The notes beneath the pieces were generated by a model that saw nothing but the letters and a program-made list of their open reading frames with translations, had not been told where the DNA came from and searched no databases. A stretch of 46,782 nt of DNA. Origin: Octopus bimaculoides (lineage: Eukaryota). How positions within the stretch are numbered: the stretch's first letter is position 1; each line of letters opens with the position of its first letter. Shown here one piece after another: positions 14,028-26,420 of the stretch. The position numbers were made by a program, and so were the translations under genes. The stretch spans positions 7,962,946 to 8,009,727 of the forward strand of contig NC_068996.1 in NCBI RefSeq assembly GCF_001194135.2. Reading direction: 5' to 3'.

Positions 14028-14150
14028 TTAAATAAAAAAAGTTTAGAAACAAATTTTAAACATTATTAACCCCCAAAAAACTGAAACCCCTCATTCACTC
14101 TAAAGGTAAAATACCAAATGTGAAAATTAATATTGTAAAATTTAGCTTAG

Positions 14151-14477
14151 CTATGATTCTTCAGACTGTTCATCATTATTAGAAATGCTTTCCTCCTTTT
14201 CATTCTCTTCTGTTGCTTTTTCATTTGCATTTTCATTTGCATTTTCATTTGCATTTTCATTTGCATTTTCATTTGCATTTTCATTTGCATTTTCATTTGC
14301 ATTTTCAACTGGATCTGTTTTTGTATCAGTACAATCTGAAGCAAAGTCTCCTACATTGCAGAGTGGAATATCATTTTTGTCTTCTTTAGAGGCATCTTCC
14401 AGTTTTTGGTTCAATGATGCTTGAAACTTCATGGCATGTTGTATCACTCTTTTTATTCCAACCATCCATTGGTTTAC
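14151..14477 (-). CDS. SRA1: SRA1 last coding exon (VNQWMVGIKRVIQ...(ENAN)7...EQSEES*)
   Basis: Acceptor tacctacag, phase 0. VNQWMVGIKR matches human VSQWMVGVKR. TAG stop at 14153-14151. Confidence 0.92.
   Translation of the reverse strand, partial: VNQWMVGIKRVIQHAMKFQASLNQKLEDASKEDKNDIPLCNVGDFASDCTDTKTDPVENANENANENANENANENANENANENANEKATEENEKEESISNNDEQSEES
14220..14306 (-). repeat. Coding minisatellite (GAAAATGCAAAT)x7 encoding (ENAN)7
   Basis: Seven identical 12-bp units read directly, in frame inside the last SRA1 exon. Confidence 0.95.
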
Positions 14478-14673
14478 CTGTAGGTACAAATAGTGATTCA
14501 ATATTTTGAAATATAATTTTTAAAACTTGTGTTAAAATTATGATATATTTTCATAAAATATATGAAAAAATAAACCATACAATATGATTAATACAAGATA
14601 TTACATGAAATATAACAACATACCAAAAATTTTTAGAATATAAGGTAAAATGTATATTTTGTATTGTTGAATA

Positions 14674-15019
14674 CCGTAAATCCTCGAGTATAATCCGCAC
14701 TTTTTTCTCAAAATTTCTAGTGCGTATTATATACGAGGTTAAAAATGAAAAAATATTTTCTAAGCAAAATTTTCTAAGTGATAAATATGTAAAGGTAATT
14801 TAGTTAATATTTATTTTTCACTGACGTTATTACTGTTATTTCTTTATTTTCTGCAAAATGCACAAAAAAGCTACACGTTTGCATTATGTTATGTATACAA
14901 TAAAGGATGTTACTGTATATATGTTTACAAACCAAGGACGTTATATAGACCTCCTTGACTCAAGTTAGAGAAGGGGTGCATATTATACTCAAGGGCGGAC
15001 TATACCCAAGAATTTACGG
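14674..15019. mobile_element. Tc2/pogo-type MITE (TA TSD)
   Basis: TIR CCGTAAATCCTCGAGTATAATCCGCAC versus CCGTAAATTCTTGGGTATAGTCCGCCC (22/27). TA flanks both ends. The CCGTA start is typical of Tc2-like elements. Confidence 0.8.
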
Positions 15020-15661
15020 TATTTTCCTTTAGTGTTTTAGCTTCTGCAAAATAGCAATATGGTAATTTTAAAACAATTCCTAATATTTTGGTATATTGAA
15101 CCCAATACCTGATGATCTCTGTTGTTTGAAAATAAGGATTCAGTTGTTTGATCAACTGAATTACCTGCTCCTGAATTAATGCATAAGTGGCTGAGTATTT
15201 CACAGACCTGTATACTGTCTTTAACATAATTCTCAAGATGATTTGGCATGACGCAGTGTGACAAGGCCATATTTTTGTATTACATGCACAAACCATCCAA
15301 TGAATGACTTTTCCAGTTTACACCAACCCAATTTTCACTTCCAAGATATGGGTTGACCCAAAGCTATAGAAAATGACATTTGCCCCAAGATACCATGCAG
15401 TGAGATTGAACCCACGACCTCAAGGTCTTTCCTAAACATTCAGCCGCGTGCACACACATCATCCAAAACACATAGTACTGCAGTCATGCAGGAGCACTGC
15501 CTTTAGTGGAACAAATCAACACCAGGACTTATTCTTTGTAAGCCTAGTACTTATTCTATTGGTCTCTTTTGCCAAACTGCTAAGTTATTAGGACATAAAC
15601 ACATCAACATCAGTGTCAAACGATGGTGAGGAGACAAACACAGACACACTAACACATACAA

Positions 15662-15694
<33 letters not shown>

Positions 15695-17394
15695 NNNNNN
15701 NNNNNNNNNNNNNNNNNNNNNNNNNNNNNNNNNNNNNNNNNNNNNNNNNNNNNNNNNNNNNNNNNNNNNNNNNNNNNNNNNNNNNNNNNNNNNNNNNNNN
15801 NNNNNNNNNNNNNNNNNNNNNNNNNNNNNNNNNNNNNNNNNNNNNNNNNNNNNNNNNNNNNNNNNNNNNNNNNNNNNNNNNNNNNNNNNNNNNNNNNNNN
15901 NNNNNNNNNNNNNNNNNNNNNTACAATGTGCTTCTTTTAGTTTCCATCTACCAAATCCACTCACAAGGCTTTGGTTGACATGAGGCTATAGTAGAAGACA
16001 CTTGCCCAAAGTACCACGCAGTGGGACTGAACCCGGAAAGCAAGCAGCTTACCACACAGCCACTCCTGCACCTATGTATATACAGATAAAAGTAGATACA
16101 AATAATAATACTTTCAAATTCTAGCACAAGGCCAGCCAGTTTGAGAGCAGGAGGGAGGGATTATATAGATTACATTGACCCCAGTACTAATTTTATTGAC
16201 CCCCAAAAGGATGAAAAGCAGAGTCAACCATGGCAGAATTTGAACTCAGAACATAAGATTGAATAAAATGCTGCTCAGCATTTTTGTCTGGTGTGTTAAT
16301 AACGCTTCTGTCAGCTAGCCGTGTTGGTGTAAGTAATAATAGAAATATCTTAATCTTTACTGTTATAGCTCGTCTTTGAAAATGGACAATCTTATATCAG
16401 ATCCCAAATGGCCTTTGTTTAGAAAAACAATCTGTTGTTAGTCTGGCATATTGATAAACATATCCTGTTCCACTTCATGATGATTTAAACAATGAGTTAG
16501 CTGAAGGTGTCCAGACTATAAGACATACTCCTTCTTTATTATTTAGTAGTTCCTTTATTTCCATATTGAACAAAGCAGGCTAGAAACAGGATGTTGAATT
16601 TGATGATTTAATGATTGTCATCCAAACTATTTTATCCTACTTATCCATTACACAGTTTTTAATGTCAACAAAGGCACAAGCTTGCCTGTGTAATAAAAAG
16701 AAAAAAACTTTGCTTCCCAATTATGAGGTTTCAGGTTCAGTCCTACTGCATGGTAATTTGAGCTTCTGCTATAGTCCTGAGCCAGGCAAAGCCTTCTGAG
16801 TGGGTCTGATAGACAGAAACTGAAAGAATCTTGTTTTGTAAGCGTGCACACATGTGTGTGTGTGTATATATGGGTGTGTGAATATATCTGTGTGTGTTTG
16901 TGCCACCTTATTTTGACATCACATGATAGTCACAAATTAGTGGGCACCATCATACACTTGTTTCCAATCTTCTATCTTTCATGAAAACATGTCCAATCAT
17001 GGGAAATATTGCCTTGCTTGGAGACAGGTTATGGGTTGGTGACAGGAAGAGCACCTGGCCACAGAAAATCTGCATCAACAAACTTTCTCTGCCTCATACA
17101 AGCATGAAAATGGGGGTGATAATGATGTGCATATATATATATATGTATATACATATCTTTTACCTTTCACTTATTTCAGTCATTTGACTGTGGCCATGCT
17201 GGGGTACCATCTTGAAGAGTTTTAGTTGAACCCAAGACCCATTTGTTTAAGCCTGGTATTTATTCTTTGGTCTCTTTTACTAAACCGCTAAGTTACAGGG
17301 ATGTAAACACACTAACACCGGTTGTCAAGCAGGAGTGGGAGACAAAAACAGACACAAAGACTCACTCACACACACATATATGTGTGTATATCAT

Positions 17395-17745
17395 CATCCT
17401 CATCATTGTTTTACATCTGCTTTCCATGCTGGCATGGGTTGGACAGTTTGACTGAGGACTAGTGAGCCAGAAGTTGCACCAGGCTGAATCTTATCTGGCA
17501 AAGTTTCTACCGCTGGATGTCCTTCCTAATGCCAACCACTCCGAGAGTGTAGTTGGTGCTTTTACGTGCCACTGGCATGAGGGCCAGTCAGGCAGTACTG
17601 GCAACGACCATGGTCACAAGGGGTTTTTACGTGCTACATGCACAGGAGCCAGTCCAGCGGCACTAGCAACGACCACGCTTGAATGTTGTTTTTCATGTGT
17701 CACCAGCACGTGCCAGGAAAGCGATACTGGCAATGATCACGGTCT
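17395..17745 (-). mobile_element. SINE family A
   Basis: Reverse complement of the family A core plus tandem units. Confidence 0.8.
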
Positions 17746-18066
17746 CAAAGTGACGAAAATATTTTGGCAAATTAAATTTAAATGTTGAAGTGAATCTAAT
17801 GGCTTTTGTGTGTTTTTAAATGACTTATAAACACCTTCCATGCTGTAATTGTCAGAATATATATATATATATATATATATANNNNNNNNNNNNNNNNNNN
17901 NNNNNNNNNNNNNNNNNNNNNNNNNNNNNNNNNNNNNNNNNNNNNNNNNNNNNNNNNNNNNNNNNNNNNNNNNNNNNNNNNNNNNNNNNNNNNNNNNNNN
18001 NNNNNNNNNNNNNNNNNNNNNNNNNNNNNNNNNNNNNNNNNNNNNNNNNNNNNNNNNTATATACAT

Positions 18067-18408
18067 GTGAAAGTGCATGGCTTAGTGGTTAGAGCATCAG
18101 GCTCACAATCACAAGATAGTGAGTTTGGCTCCTGGACTGGACTGTGTCTTGCGTTTTTGAGCAAGACACTTTGATTCACATTACTCCATTTCACTCAGCT
18201 GTAGAAATGCGTTGCGATGTCACTGGTGCCAAGCTGTATCAGCCCCTTTGCCTTTCCCTTGGATAAGATCAGTGGCATGGAGTGGAGAGGCTGGTATGCA
18301 TGGGCCACTGCTGGTCCTCCATAAATAACCTTGCCAAGACTTGTGCCTTGGAGGGTAACTTTTTAGGTGCAATCCCATGGTCATTCATGACTGAAGGGGA
18401 CCTTTACG
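18067..18408 (+). mobile_element. tRNA-head SINE with Meta-domain-like core (family D)
   Basis: GGCTTAGTGGTTAGAGC head and TTGAGCAAGACACTT...TTACTCC...CACTCAGCTG core. Related copies at ~2370-2540 (+) and ~26850-27175 (-). Confidence 0.6.
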
Positions 18409-18734
18409 CACGCACACACATGCATACTTTGCTTGACCATGACTATATCTAGCCTGAGTAAACGGTAGTATGTTAGAACTGAAATAATTCAGTAATTCTG
18501 ATGATGAAACTCTCAACTTGAAGCAGCAAAACTGTGTTAGTCACCACTTTTTTTTCACAGTGAAGAAAATGGGATGGAAAGAGTAGTTGTCTGTTTTTAA
18601 TCCATCATCTGTTTAATGTTAAAACCTTTGTATAGGACATAATATTCCTAAGGAAAGAAACTAACAGACCAACATCAGAAAGTCTTGCTCATATTAGTGA
18701 TGCAGTTGGACAGCTTGTGCAGCTGTGAGTAATA

Positions 18735-18735
<1 letters not shown>

Positions 18736-18797
<62 letters not shown>

Positions 18798-18901
18798 CGA
18801 GAGAGAGAGCGAGAGAGAGAGAGAAAGAGAGAGAGAGCGAGAGAGAGAGAGAAAGAGAGAGAGAGCGAGAGAGAGAGAGCAAGAGAGAGAGAGAGAGAGA
18901 G
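18736..18901. repeat. Long (GA)n microsatellite with GAGC variants
   Basis: Read directly; about 165 bp, almost purine-only. Confidence 0.95.
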
Positions 18902-21377
18902 AATGAATACAATTGTCGGCAGCCATTGAGTAGCCTCCTGGCTAGTTGGAATTATGTTGCCTCATGTTGCAGACTCTTCATATTTGACAGATCTGGCCTC
19001 ACATTAGCAGATGGACGATAATGCCTAATGTAATGTATGAGTGCATTTGGTTCTCTACTGTAATAGTCTGACTACTTGTCCTTTATTCCTATCCTTCTAT
19101 TGTCTCTGTAAACCTGTCTCAGAACAAAAATCTGATTAGACAGATGGGTGGTGATGTCATCACTGATATCCAAGTAAATGTTTATATGTAATTTTATTGA
19201 TCAGATCTTTACTATGTCATTACCCAATCTGCCAAACCCTGCAGCTGATGCTTCTGATTGAAAGCAATAGGTCTCATGTTCAAATCAATGTATAGACTTG
19301 TTACAGCCATTAGCTCAAGTGACAATGAGGATTTAATCTATAATTATCAACAGAATGTGTAAATATTAATGAAAAAAAGTTACAAAAGAAAATAAAGAAA
19401 TAAGCAGACACCACACTGCACATAAAATTTTCAACGGAAAAGAAAAAAATGATATATTTAAGCATCTGTTTAAAAGTTTAGAGAACAAAGTTTTCATTCA
19501 CCAAAGATTACATTTTTTTCTTTTGAAATTTACTAGTTTATTTATCTGAATTAACAATAATCATTGCTATAATTAATTCAGTCATTAATTAATATAAAAA
19601 AGCATTAACAACAAAAATAAGTTTTGTTACTATCAATTATAAAATCAAGTTGTTATTATTTGAGCCTTATCATCATCATCATCATCATCAAAACCGAGAT
19701 ATTATTTAAATTCAGAAAGAGCAAAATAAACAGTTATTAGGTAGTCAGAGAAGGATGGGAGGAATAAAAAAAAAAAAAGTAATACCTCATTAGCAGAGTG
19801 GAAATCAATCAATTAAAAAAAATCTGCCAGTTTTAAAATATTAATTAATAACTTGTAATGTAAATGATTTCAAACATGGCCACATATGTTGCAGAGGAAT
19901 GCAGTTGATTGAAAGAACAAAAAAAAGCCCCGGGAGAAATAAAAATCAAAGTAGACTTGAGCAGGATTGTCACTGTTTTAATATCCAGTTTTCCATACTT
20001 GCATCATGAGCTGGACAGTTTATTGAGGCAGATTTTCTACAACCAGATACCATTCCTATCACTAATCCTCATCTGTTTCCAAACAAGGTATTATTTCCCC
20101 ATGACCAGACATGTTTCTGCAGAATATTGGAAATGAATAACACTGCTTGAATGATAGTAACACTCATTCACAAATATTATTTCACCATGTCAAGACTGCA
20201 ATTTTGGTATAGTATACATTTTAATGTCTTCCATAAAAAATGCTTAGTGGCATTTCTACTGACTTCATGTTCTGAGTTTAAATTCCACCAAGGTCGACTT
20301 CACCTTTCATCCTTTTGGGGTCGGTAAAATAAGTACCAATCGAGCATTAGTGTCAGTGTAATCAACTTGCCCCTTCCCTGAATTTGCTGGGCTTGTGCCA
20401 AAATTCAAAATCAATATTTTTAATTAATTCTTTTCTTGTCCAAAAACATATTCATAAATTTGTGCTAAACATCCATGCTTCTTTTCAGACTATTAGTCAG
20501 TCCTTGTTTCATATGTTCTGAGTAATAAAATGCTTTGCTTTCAAAAGTTCCAAGTTACTCTGGTGGTTAAAATAAAGTAGGAATGTGTATCATATATATA
20601 TATATATATATATATTTATTAATATTTAGCAGAAGCAACAGAGTGACTCAAGGTCTGAGAGTTTCATGCGTTGGGATAGTGAACAGGTTGCGGTTTCAAA
20701 GCAATGAAAATATTCTGACACAAATTAAATTTAAATGTGGAAGTGAAACTAATGGTTTTTGTGTGTTCTTAAATGGCTTACAAACATCTTAGTTAATCAT
20801 AAATGAACTGCAGGCAGCAAATTTGCGGAGTTGTTAGACCTTCAGATAGACTACTTTGCAGTAACTGTTCAGGTCTATTGCACTCGAGAGTTCAAATCTC
20901 AGCATGGCCAACTTTCTCTTTTAGTCCTTTAGTGTAGTTTGGTGGTGGGACAATAAATAGTACCAGTCAGGAGCCAATTCCACTGTTGTTCGCTTTTACT
21001 CAGAATCGGTTATGTTCGCCAAATCACAACACATTGGCAAGTGATGTTACATATCAGCTGGAGTACATTGACATAACATCAACAGAGACTAGCAGACCCT
21101 GCACTGGAGTAAGAAAAACACCAGGACAAACAAACATTATATATATATATATATATATTGTGGGCTTCTTTCAATTTCCGTCAACCAAATCCACCCACAA
21201 GGCTTTGAATGGCCTGGTACTGAAGTAGAAGACACTTGCTTGAAATGTTGCAAAGTATGATTGAACAAATACCACCTGATTGGGAAGCAAGCTTCTTAAC
21301 CACAGTCATGCCTGAACCTTTATATAATATAGATATATATATACACACACATACATACATACATACATACACACACA

Positions 21378-22270
21378 CAAGGTCTGATCAATAAAAATCC
21401 AAACTGTTGCCACAGCAATGAAGTTAAAGCACGCAGAGTGAAGTCGCTTGGCAAAGATTGACCTTGAACTCTGCTATGCATGAGCACTAAGTTTTAACGT
21501 TCTAGCTCACTTCCTGTTTACAGCAATGCCTGGAAGGAACATGTGTAGTATGTGATCGCCACATTGACTATGACAGAGAAAGTTGTCATGGCGATACTTG
21601 CTCAGAGGCTGACACAAAGTTGCAAAAAGTGTATGGAAAAGAGTGTCTGAGCCACACACAAGTGTACGAATGGTTCAGATGTTTCCAAGATGACCGAACA
21701 AATGTTGATATTGACGAACGTTCTAGGAGACCTGCAACCAGCAGAACTGAGAAAAACATTGCAGATGTACATGCAGCTGTGAGGAGAAATTGTCGAATCA
21801 CCATCCATGAGTTATCAGAGAATGTGCAGATTAGTTATGGTTCAGTTCAGTCCATTATCATTGAAGATTTGGGTATGAGATGTATGTCTGCCAAGATTGT
21901 GCCAAATCTGCTTTCAACTGACCAAATAGACACTCAGATTTCAGTTGCACAAGATCTCCTTGATTGTGTTAAGAACAATGAAAACTTTTTGAAAACTTTA
22001 CTTAGTCCTCTGAGCAGGTATCACCAAGCTTTTGGGAAAATTTGATGCAGATTCTCTGCCCAATTTTCTCTGTCATGGTCAATGCGACGATCACATGCTA
22101 CACATCTTCCTTCCAAGTACTGCTGTAAACAGTGGAAGTGAGCTAAAATGTTAAAACTTAGTGCATATGCACTGCAGAGTTCAAGGTCAATCTGTGCCAA
22201 GCAGTTTCACTCTGCATGCTTTAGCTTTGTTACGATAGCAACAGTCCGGATACTTATTGATCAGACTACA
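21378..22270 (+). mobile_element. Internally deleted mariner with long inverted ends and a truncated transposase (ORF 21620-22045)
   Basis: ORF has the mariner N-terminus (VYGKECLSHTQVYEWFRCF, DERSRRP, RITIHELS, SAKIVPNLL matching the WVP motif) but no DDD domain. Termini GTCTGATCAATAA...ACTGTTGC are inverted. The right ~210 bp mirror the left ~210 bp. Confidence 0.9.
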
Positions 22271-22429
22271 CACACACACACACATATACATCTTTTAAAT
22301 TTATTTACAGGAGATTCTTTGAATATGCAAATAAGGCTCCTATTTCATTATGCTGGCCACAGTCTAATGATGCTGACAGGTGAACCAGTTTTGGGGGATT
22401 GCATTGAGCTGTACCAATATAATGTAGAA

Positions 22430-22714
22430 TAATAATAGTAATAATCCTTGGTTGGAATTTGAAAATATTTTAATGCATGTGTTTCCATAAATCACTCATC
22501 TCTTAAGATCACAGTCCAAATTCCTGGGATGATTACAGTGTATTCTGTAGTGTCCGCAAAGATGATCTATCCAATGCCTGCAAATACCATGGACCACACA
22601 GTAATCATCTCAGGAAAACAGACTGTAATCTTAAGACACATGCGATTTGTGGAAATGCATGTAGCAATGCATTAAATATTTATAAAGTTGATCCAAGGAT
22701 TGTTGTTATTATTA

Positions 22715-22715
<1 letters not shown>
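22430..22715. mobile_element. Palindromic (fold-back) element, same family as 13.1 kb
   Basis: Arms ~22430-22540 and ~22595-22715 (AATCCTTGG / CCAAGGATT ends; TTCCTGGGATGATTAC / GTAATCATCTCAGGAA inside) with a ~55-nt loop. Confidence 0.7.
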
Positions 22716-22765
<50 letters not shown>

Positions 22766-22949
22766 TATATATATTGTGGCTGTGTGTAAGAAGCTTGCTT
22801 TCTAACCACATGGTTCCAGGTTCAGTCCCATTACATGGAACCTTGGGTAAGTGTCATCTACTATAGTCTTGGATCGACCAAAGCCTTGTGAATAGATTTG
22901 GTAGACAGAAACTGAAAGAAGCCTATCATGTATGTGTATATATATATAT

Positions 22950-23814
22950 NNNNNNNNNNNNNNNNNNNNNNNNNNNNNNNNNNNNNNNNNNNNNNNNNNN
23001 NNNNNNNNNNNNNNNNNNNNNNNNNNNNNNNNNNNNNNNNNNNNNNNNNNNNNNNNNNNNNNNNNNNNNNNNNNNNNNNNNNNNNNNNNNNNNNNNNNNN
23101 NNNNNNNNNNNNNNNNNNNNNNNNNNNNNNNNNNNNNNNNNNNNNNNNNNNNNNNNNNNNNNNNNNNNNNNNNNNNNNNNNNNNNNNNNNNNNNNNNNNN
23201 NNNNNNNNNNNNNNNNNNNNNNNNNNNNNNNNNNNNNNNNNNNNNNNNNNNNNNNNNNNNNNNNNNNNNNNNNNNNNNNNNNNNNNNNNNNNNNNNNNNN
23301 NNNNNNNNNNNNNNNNNNNNNNNNNNNNNNNNNNNNNNNNNNNNNNNNNNNNNNNNNNNNNNNNNNNNNNNNNNNNNNNNNNNNNNNNNNNNNNNNNNNN
23401 NNNNNNNNNNNNNNNNNNNNNNNNNNNNNNNNNNNNNNNNNNNNNNNNNNNNNNNNNNNNNNNNNNNNNNNNNNNNNNNNNNNNNNNNNNNNNNNNNNNN
23501 NNNNNNNNNNNNNNNNNNNNNNNNNNNNNNNNNNNNNNNNNNNNNNNNNNNNNNNNNNNNNNNNNNNNNNNNNNNNNNNNNNNNNNNNNNNNNNNNNNNN
23601 NNNNNNNNNNNNNNNNNNNNNNNNNNNNNNNNNNNNNNNNNNNNNNNNNNNNNNNNNNNNNNNNNNNNNNNNNNNNNNNNNNNNNNNNNNNNNNNNNNNN
23701 NNNNNNNNNNNNNNNNNNNNNNNNNNNNNNNNNNNNNNNNNNNNNNNNNNNNNNNNNNNNNNNNNNNNNNNNNNNNNNNNNNNNNNNNNNNNNNNNNNNN
23801 NNNNNNNNNNNNNN
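22950..23814. other. Assembly gap (N). Other gaps: 1446-1576, 3128-3999, 6199-6571, 13774-13783, 15695-15921, 17882-18057, 39526-40030
   Basis: Runs of N, mostly bordered by TA/TG microsatellites. Confidence 1.
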
Positions 23815-24661
23815 GGCTCTCACCAACACGATCACTAACCCCCATCACGAACCTCCCATCCACACATCCTTCTGTAATCACTTTATGTTTCGGTCAATTT
23901 AAAAAAATTTTAATTCATTACAGAATGTTAAGAGACTGTCTGAAAGCCATCAAATGCTCAATGGACCAAAACTAAATAAAATTTTAAAAGAATTTTTTTC
24001 AAAACAGCTCGAGGTCTGTATGTAGGTCACAGCACACCTGTTGCCAAACCCTGTTCTAAAGAGAGAGAGAAGATGGTTATGTTTGGAATATCAATGAAAT
24101 GGAACTGCAGTTCTATTATCCTGTCACTCATGCATGACATGCCTATGACCATAATGGGTTGTAGGACTATCACACTACCTTAGTTTAATATCTCTGAAGT
24201 AGATCTGGAGTAGGGCGGGCATGTTCTTGATAAGATCACAAATGGTGACAAAAAGATTTCAACAAATTTAACAGACTAGCTGATTAACTGAACAATCAAT
24301 CAAACAATTAATTAGTTAACTGGTTAAATATTTAACCAATTGATAAATAAATAAGAAAGAAGTGGAGTAGAACCAGTATGTGTAATGAAGTTCCCAAGAT
24401 ACAATGAAATAGGGTTCACAGTTGTGTAAGTATTCTAATCAAGTCTCCAAGATGCATCAATTTCACCAGTCTACAAGGGACCACAAAGGATATTGTCATT
24501 GATAAAACAACAAACCACAAGGTATTTTGTCCAGTATTCTACAGATTATTCTCATTCACAACCAAACAAGAATATATTTTGATAAACTAGAGAGAACATA
24601 TTTTTGTTAACTAACTTTAATCAAATTTCTATAAATAAAAATTAAATTATTTATTGTAGAT

Positions 24662-24984
24662 CAGTGGTTCTCAACCAGGTCCATATAAAATATAAGGTGG
24701 TCCATATAACAAAATAATAAATTGAGGATCCACAATAGAATTTGAAGGGCCCCTGAAAAAATTTTGTAATGGATATATGCATTAGTGTGTATTGCAAGAA
24801 ACAGTTTTTTTTTTTCTCTAACATTTTAAAACATAGTTTAAGTTACACAATCTGTGAAAAACAATAGGAATTTTGAAAGAAGTGCATATAAAATTAGTTT
24901 TTAAACATCGAATGGCTATGGGGATCTACCAGAATAAAACAGTAATCAAAGGGGACCATAGATAAAAAAAAATTCAAGAACCCA
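24662..24984. mobile_element. Charlie/MER5-like hAT MITE (decayed)
   Basis: Starts CAGTGGTTCTCAACC. The right end is degenerate (AAAAAATTCAAGAACCC). Confidence 0.45.
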
Positions 24985-25357
24985 TCATAAATATTCAAAC
25001 TTATTCTATTCAAGTTTTTTGTAATAAAGTAATAAACACACATACAAATAATAAAAGTGTAATAGACAAATGAAGAAATTACACAAAATATATTGCATGT
25101 TTTTCCCTCCATTATTTTAGAACCATTTGTCTTTGCTAAAATGGGTGACATGGCACATGTGTTGTATCAATGTGGAAGCAGGAGTAGAATGTGTATTTCT
25201 TTTTTGTTTTTTTTCAGTAAATTGGGTTAACTAGGGCAAGAAGAATTCAGCGTCTCAATTGTAGTCATAATGAAATGGTAGTCAAGGAAGCTATTTCTAT
25301 AACTAGTATACCTCAAATGAAACACAAACTATGAAAAACACTTCTAAAGCAGTGTAG

Positions 25358-25408
<51 letters not shown>

Positions 25409-25749
25409 CTGTGTGTGTGTGTATGTGTGTGACTGTGTGTGTGTGTGTATCATCAACATCATCATCGTTAACATCCGCCTTCCATACTGGCAGGGACTAT
25501 TCAGTTCATTGTTAAAGATGAAGTTTATAGTCTGAAGAATTATAATCTTATTAGCAATATCTCATCTCTGACATTTAAATGTTTAACCTAATTAAGCAGA
25601 TTTCTTTTTTTTTTTCATAAAAAATCTGCTTAGTAAGGTTTATAGCTGTATTTGCTTAGTAAATGACTTCATCTGAGAGAGTGTTTGAAACTGAAGTATG
25701 ACATTATAGAAGAACCATTTTAGCCATCTAAACCCACAAAATCTATTAA

Positions 25750-25932
25750 CCCTTTAGCAGTAAGATTATTCCGTGAAATGTAATGCTTATTTATTCACAT
25801 GAAAAAAAAAAAAAAACTAACTGTGCATCATCTCAAAGCTTTGAGATTTTGATAATGTGATTGTTTTATTTTTACAATGACATTGTAGGTTAGGTATGAG
25901 GGGCCAAATTTGGTTCTTTAAATGCTAAAGGG
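25750..25932. mobile_element. piggyBac-type MITE
   Basis: TTAA|CCCTTTAGCA...TGCTAAAGGG|TTAA. Confidence 0.8.
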
Positions 25933-26225
25933 TTAAATCCACTTTTCATTTAGCTCTTGAAAAGTCAACATTCATATGAAACAACATGCAAACTGATCAC
26001 TCAAAATGCCTCCATTGCAAGTGTTTGAAACTTAATGCCTCTATTTTTGTTTTCTTTTTCTTTAGTCATTTCTTTCCTGTTGAACTTACACAGATATAGG
26101 GAACTACTGTATACATACATGCTGAATGTCTGTGACCTCTAGACACAAGTAATTGTTAGCCATTCCCTAGTTCCATTCTTTACTCTGTTTATAACTTACT
26201 GCATATATATTTTTTTTATCACTGT

Positions 26226-26420
26226 TCATCATCATCATCATCATCGTCGTTTAACATCCGCTTTCCATGCTAGCATGGGTTGGATGATTTGACTGAGGAC
26301 TGGTGGACCAGGAGGCTACACCAGGCTCCAATCTGATTTGGCAGAGTTTCTACAGCTGGATGCCCTTCCTAATGCCAAATGCCCTTCCTAATGCCAAGAT
26401 GCCCTCCCTAACACCAAATG
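26226..26420 (-). mobile_element. SINE family A, 5'-truncated
   Basis: (ATC)n tail and core in reverse complement, ending in a triplicated 19-20-mer. Confidence 0.8.

Noticed and set aside
14147-14424. Alternative-frame ORFs over the repeat: (MKMQ)n at 14147-14344 and (FAFS)n at 14185-14424
   Set aside because: They are shadows of the stop-free 12-bp repeat. Only the ENAN frame connects to the conserved QWMVG motif and the splice acceptor.
22311-22379. Plus-strand exon-like segment (tttacag...ACAG|gtgaac)
   Set aside because: No recognisable protein motif and no partner exons. Such sites arise often by chance in AT-rich introns.
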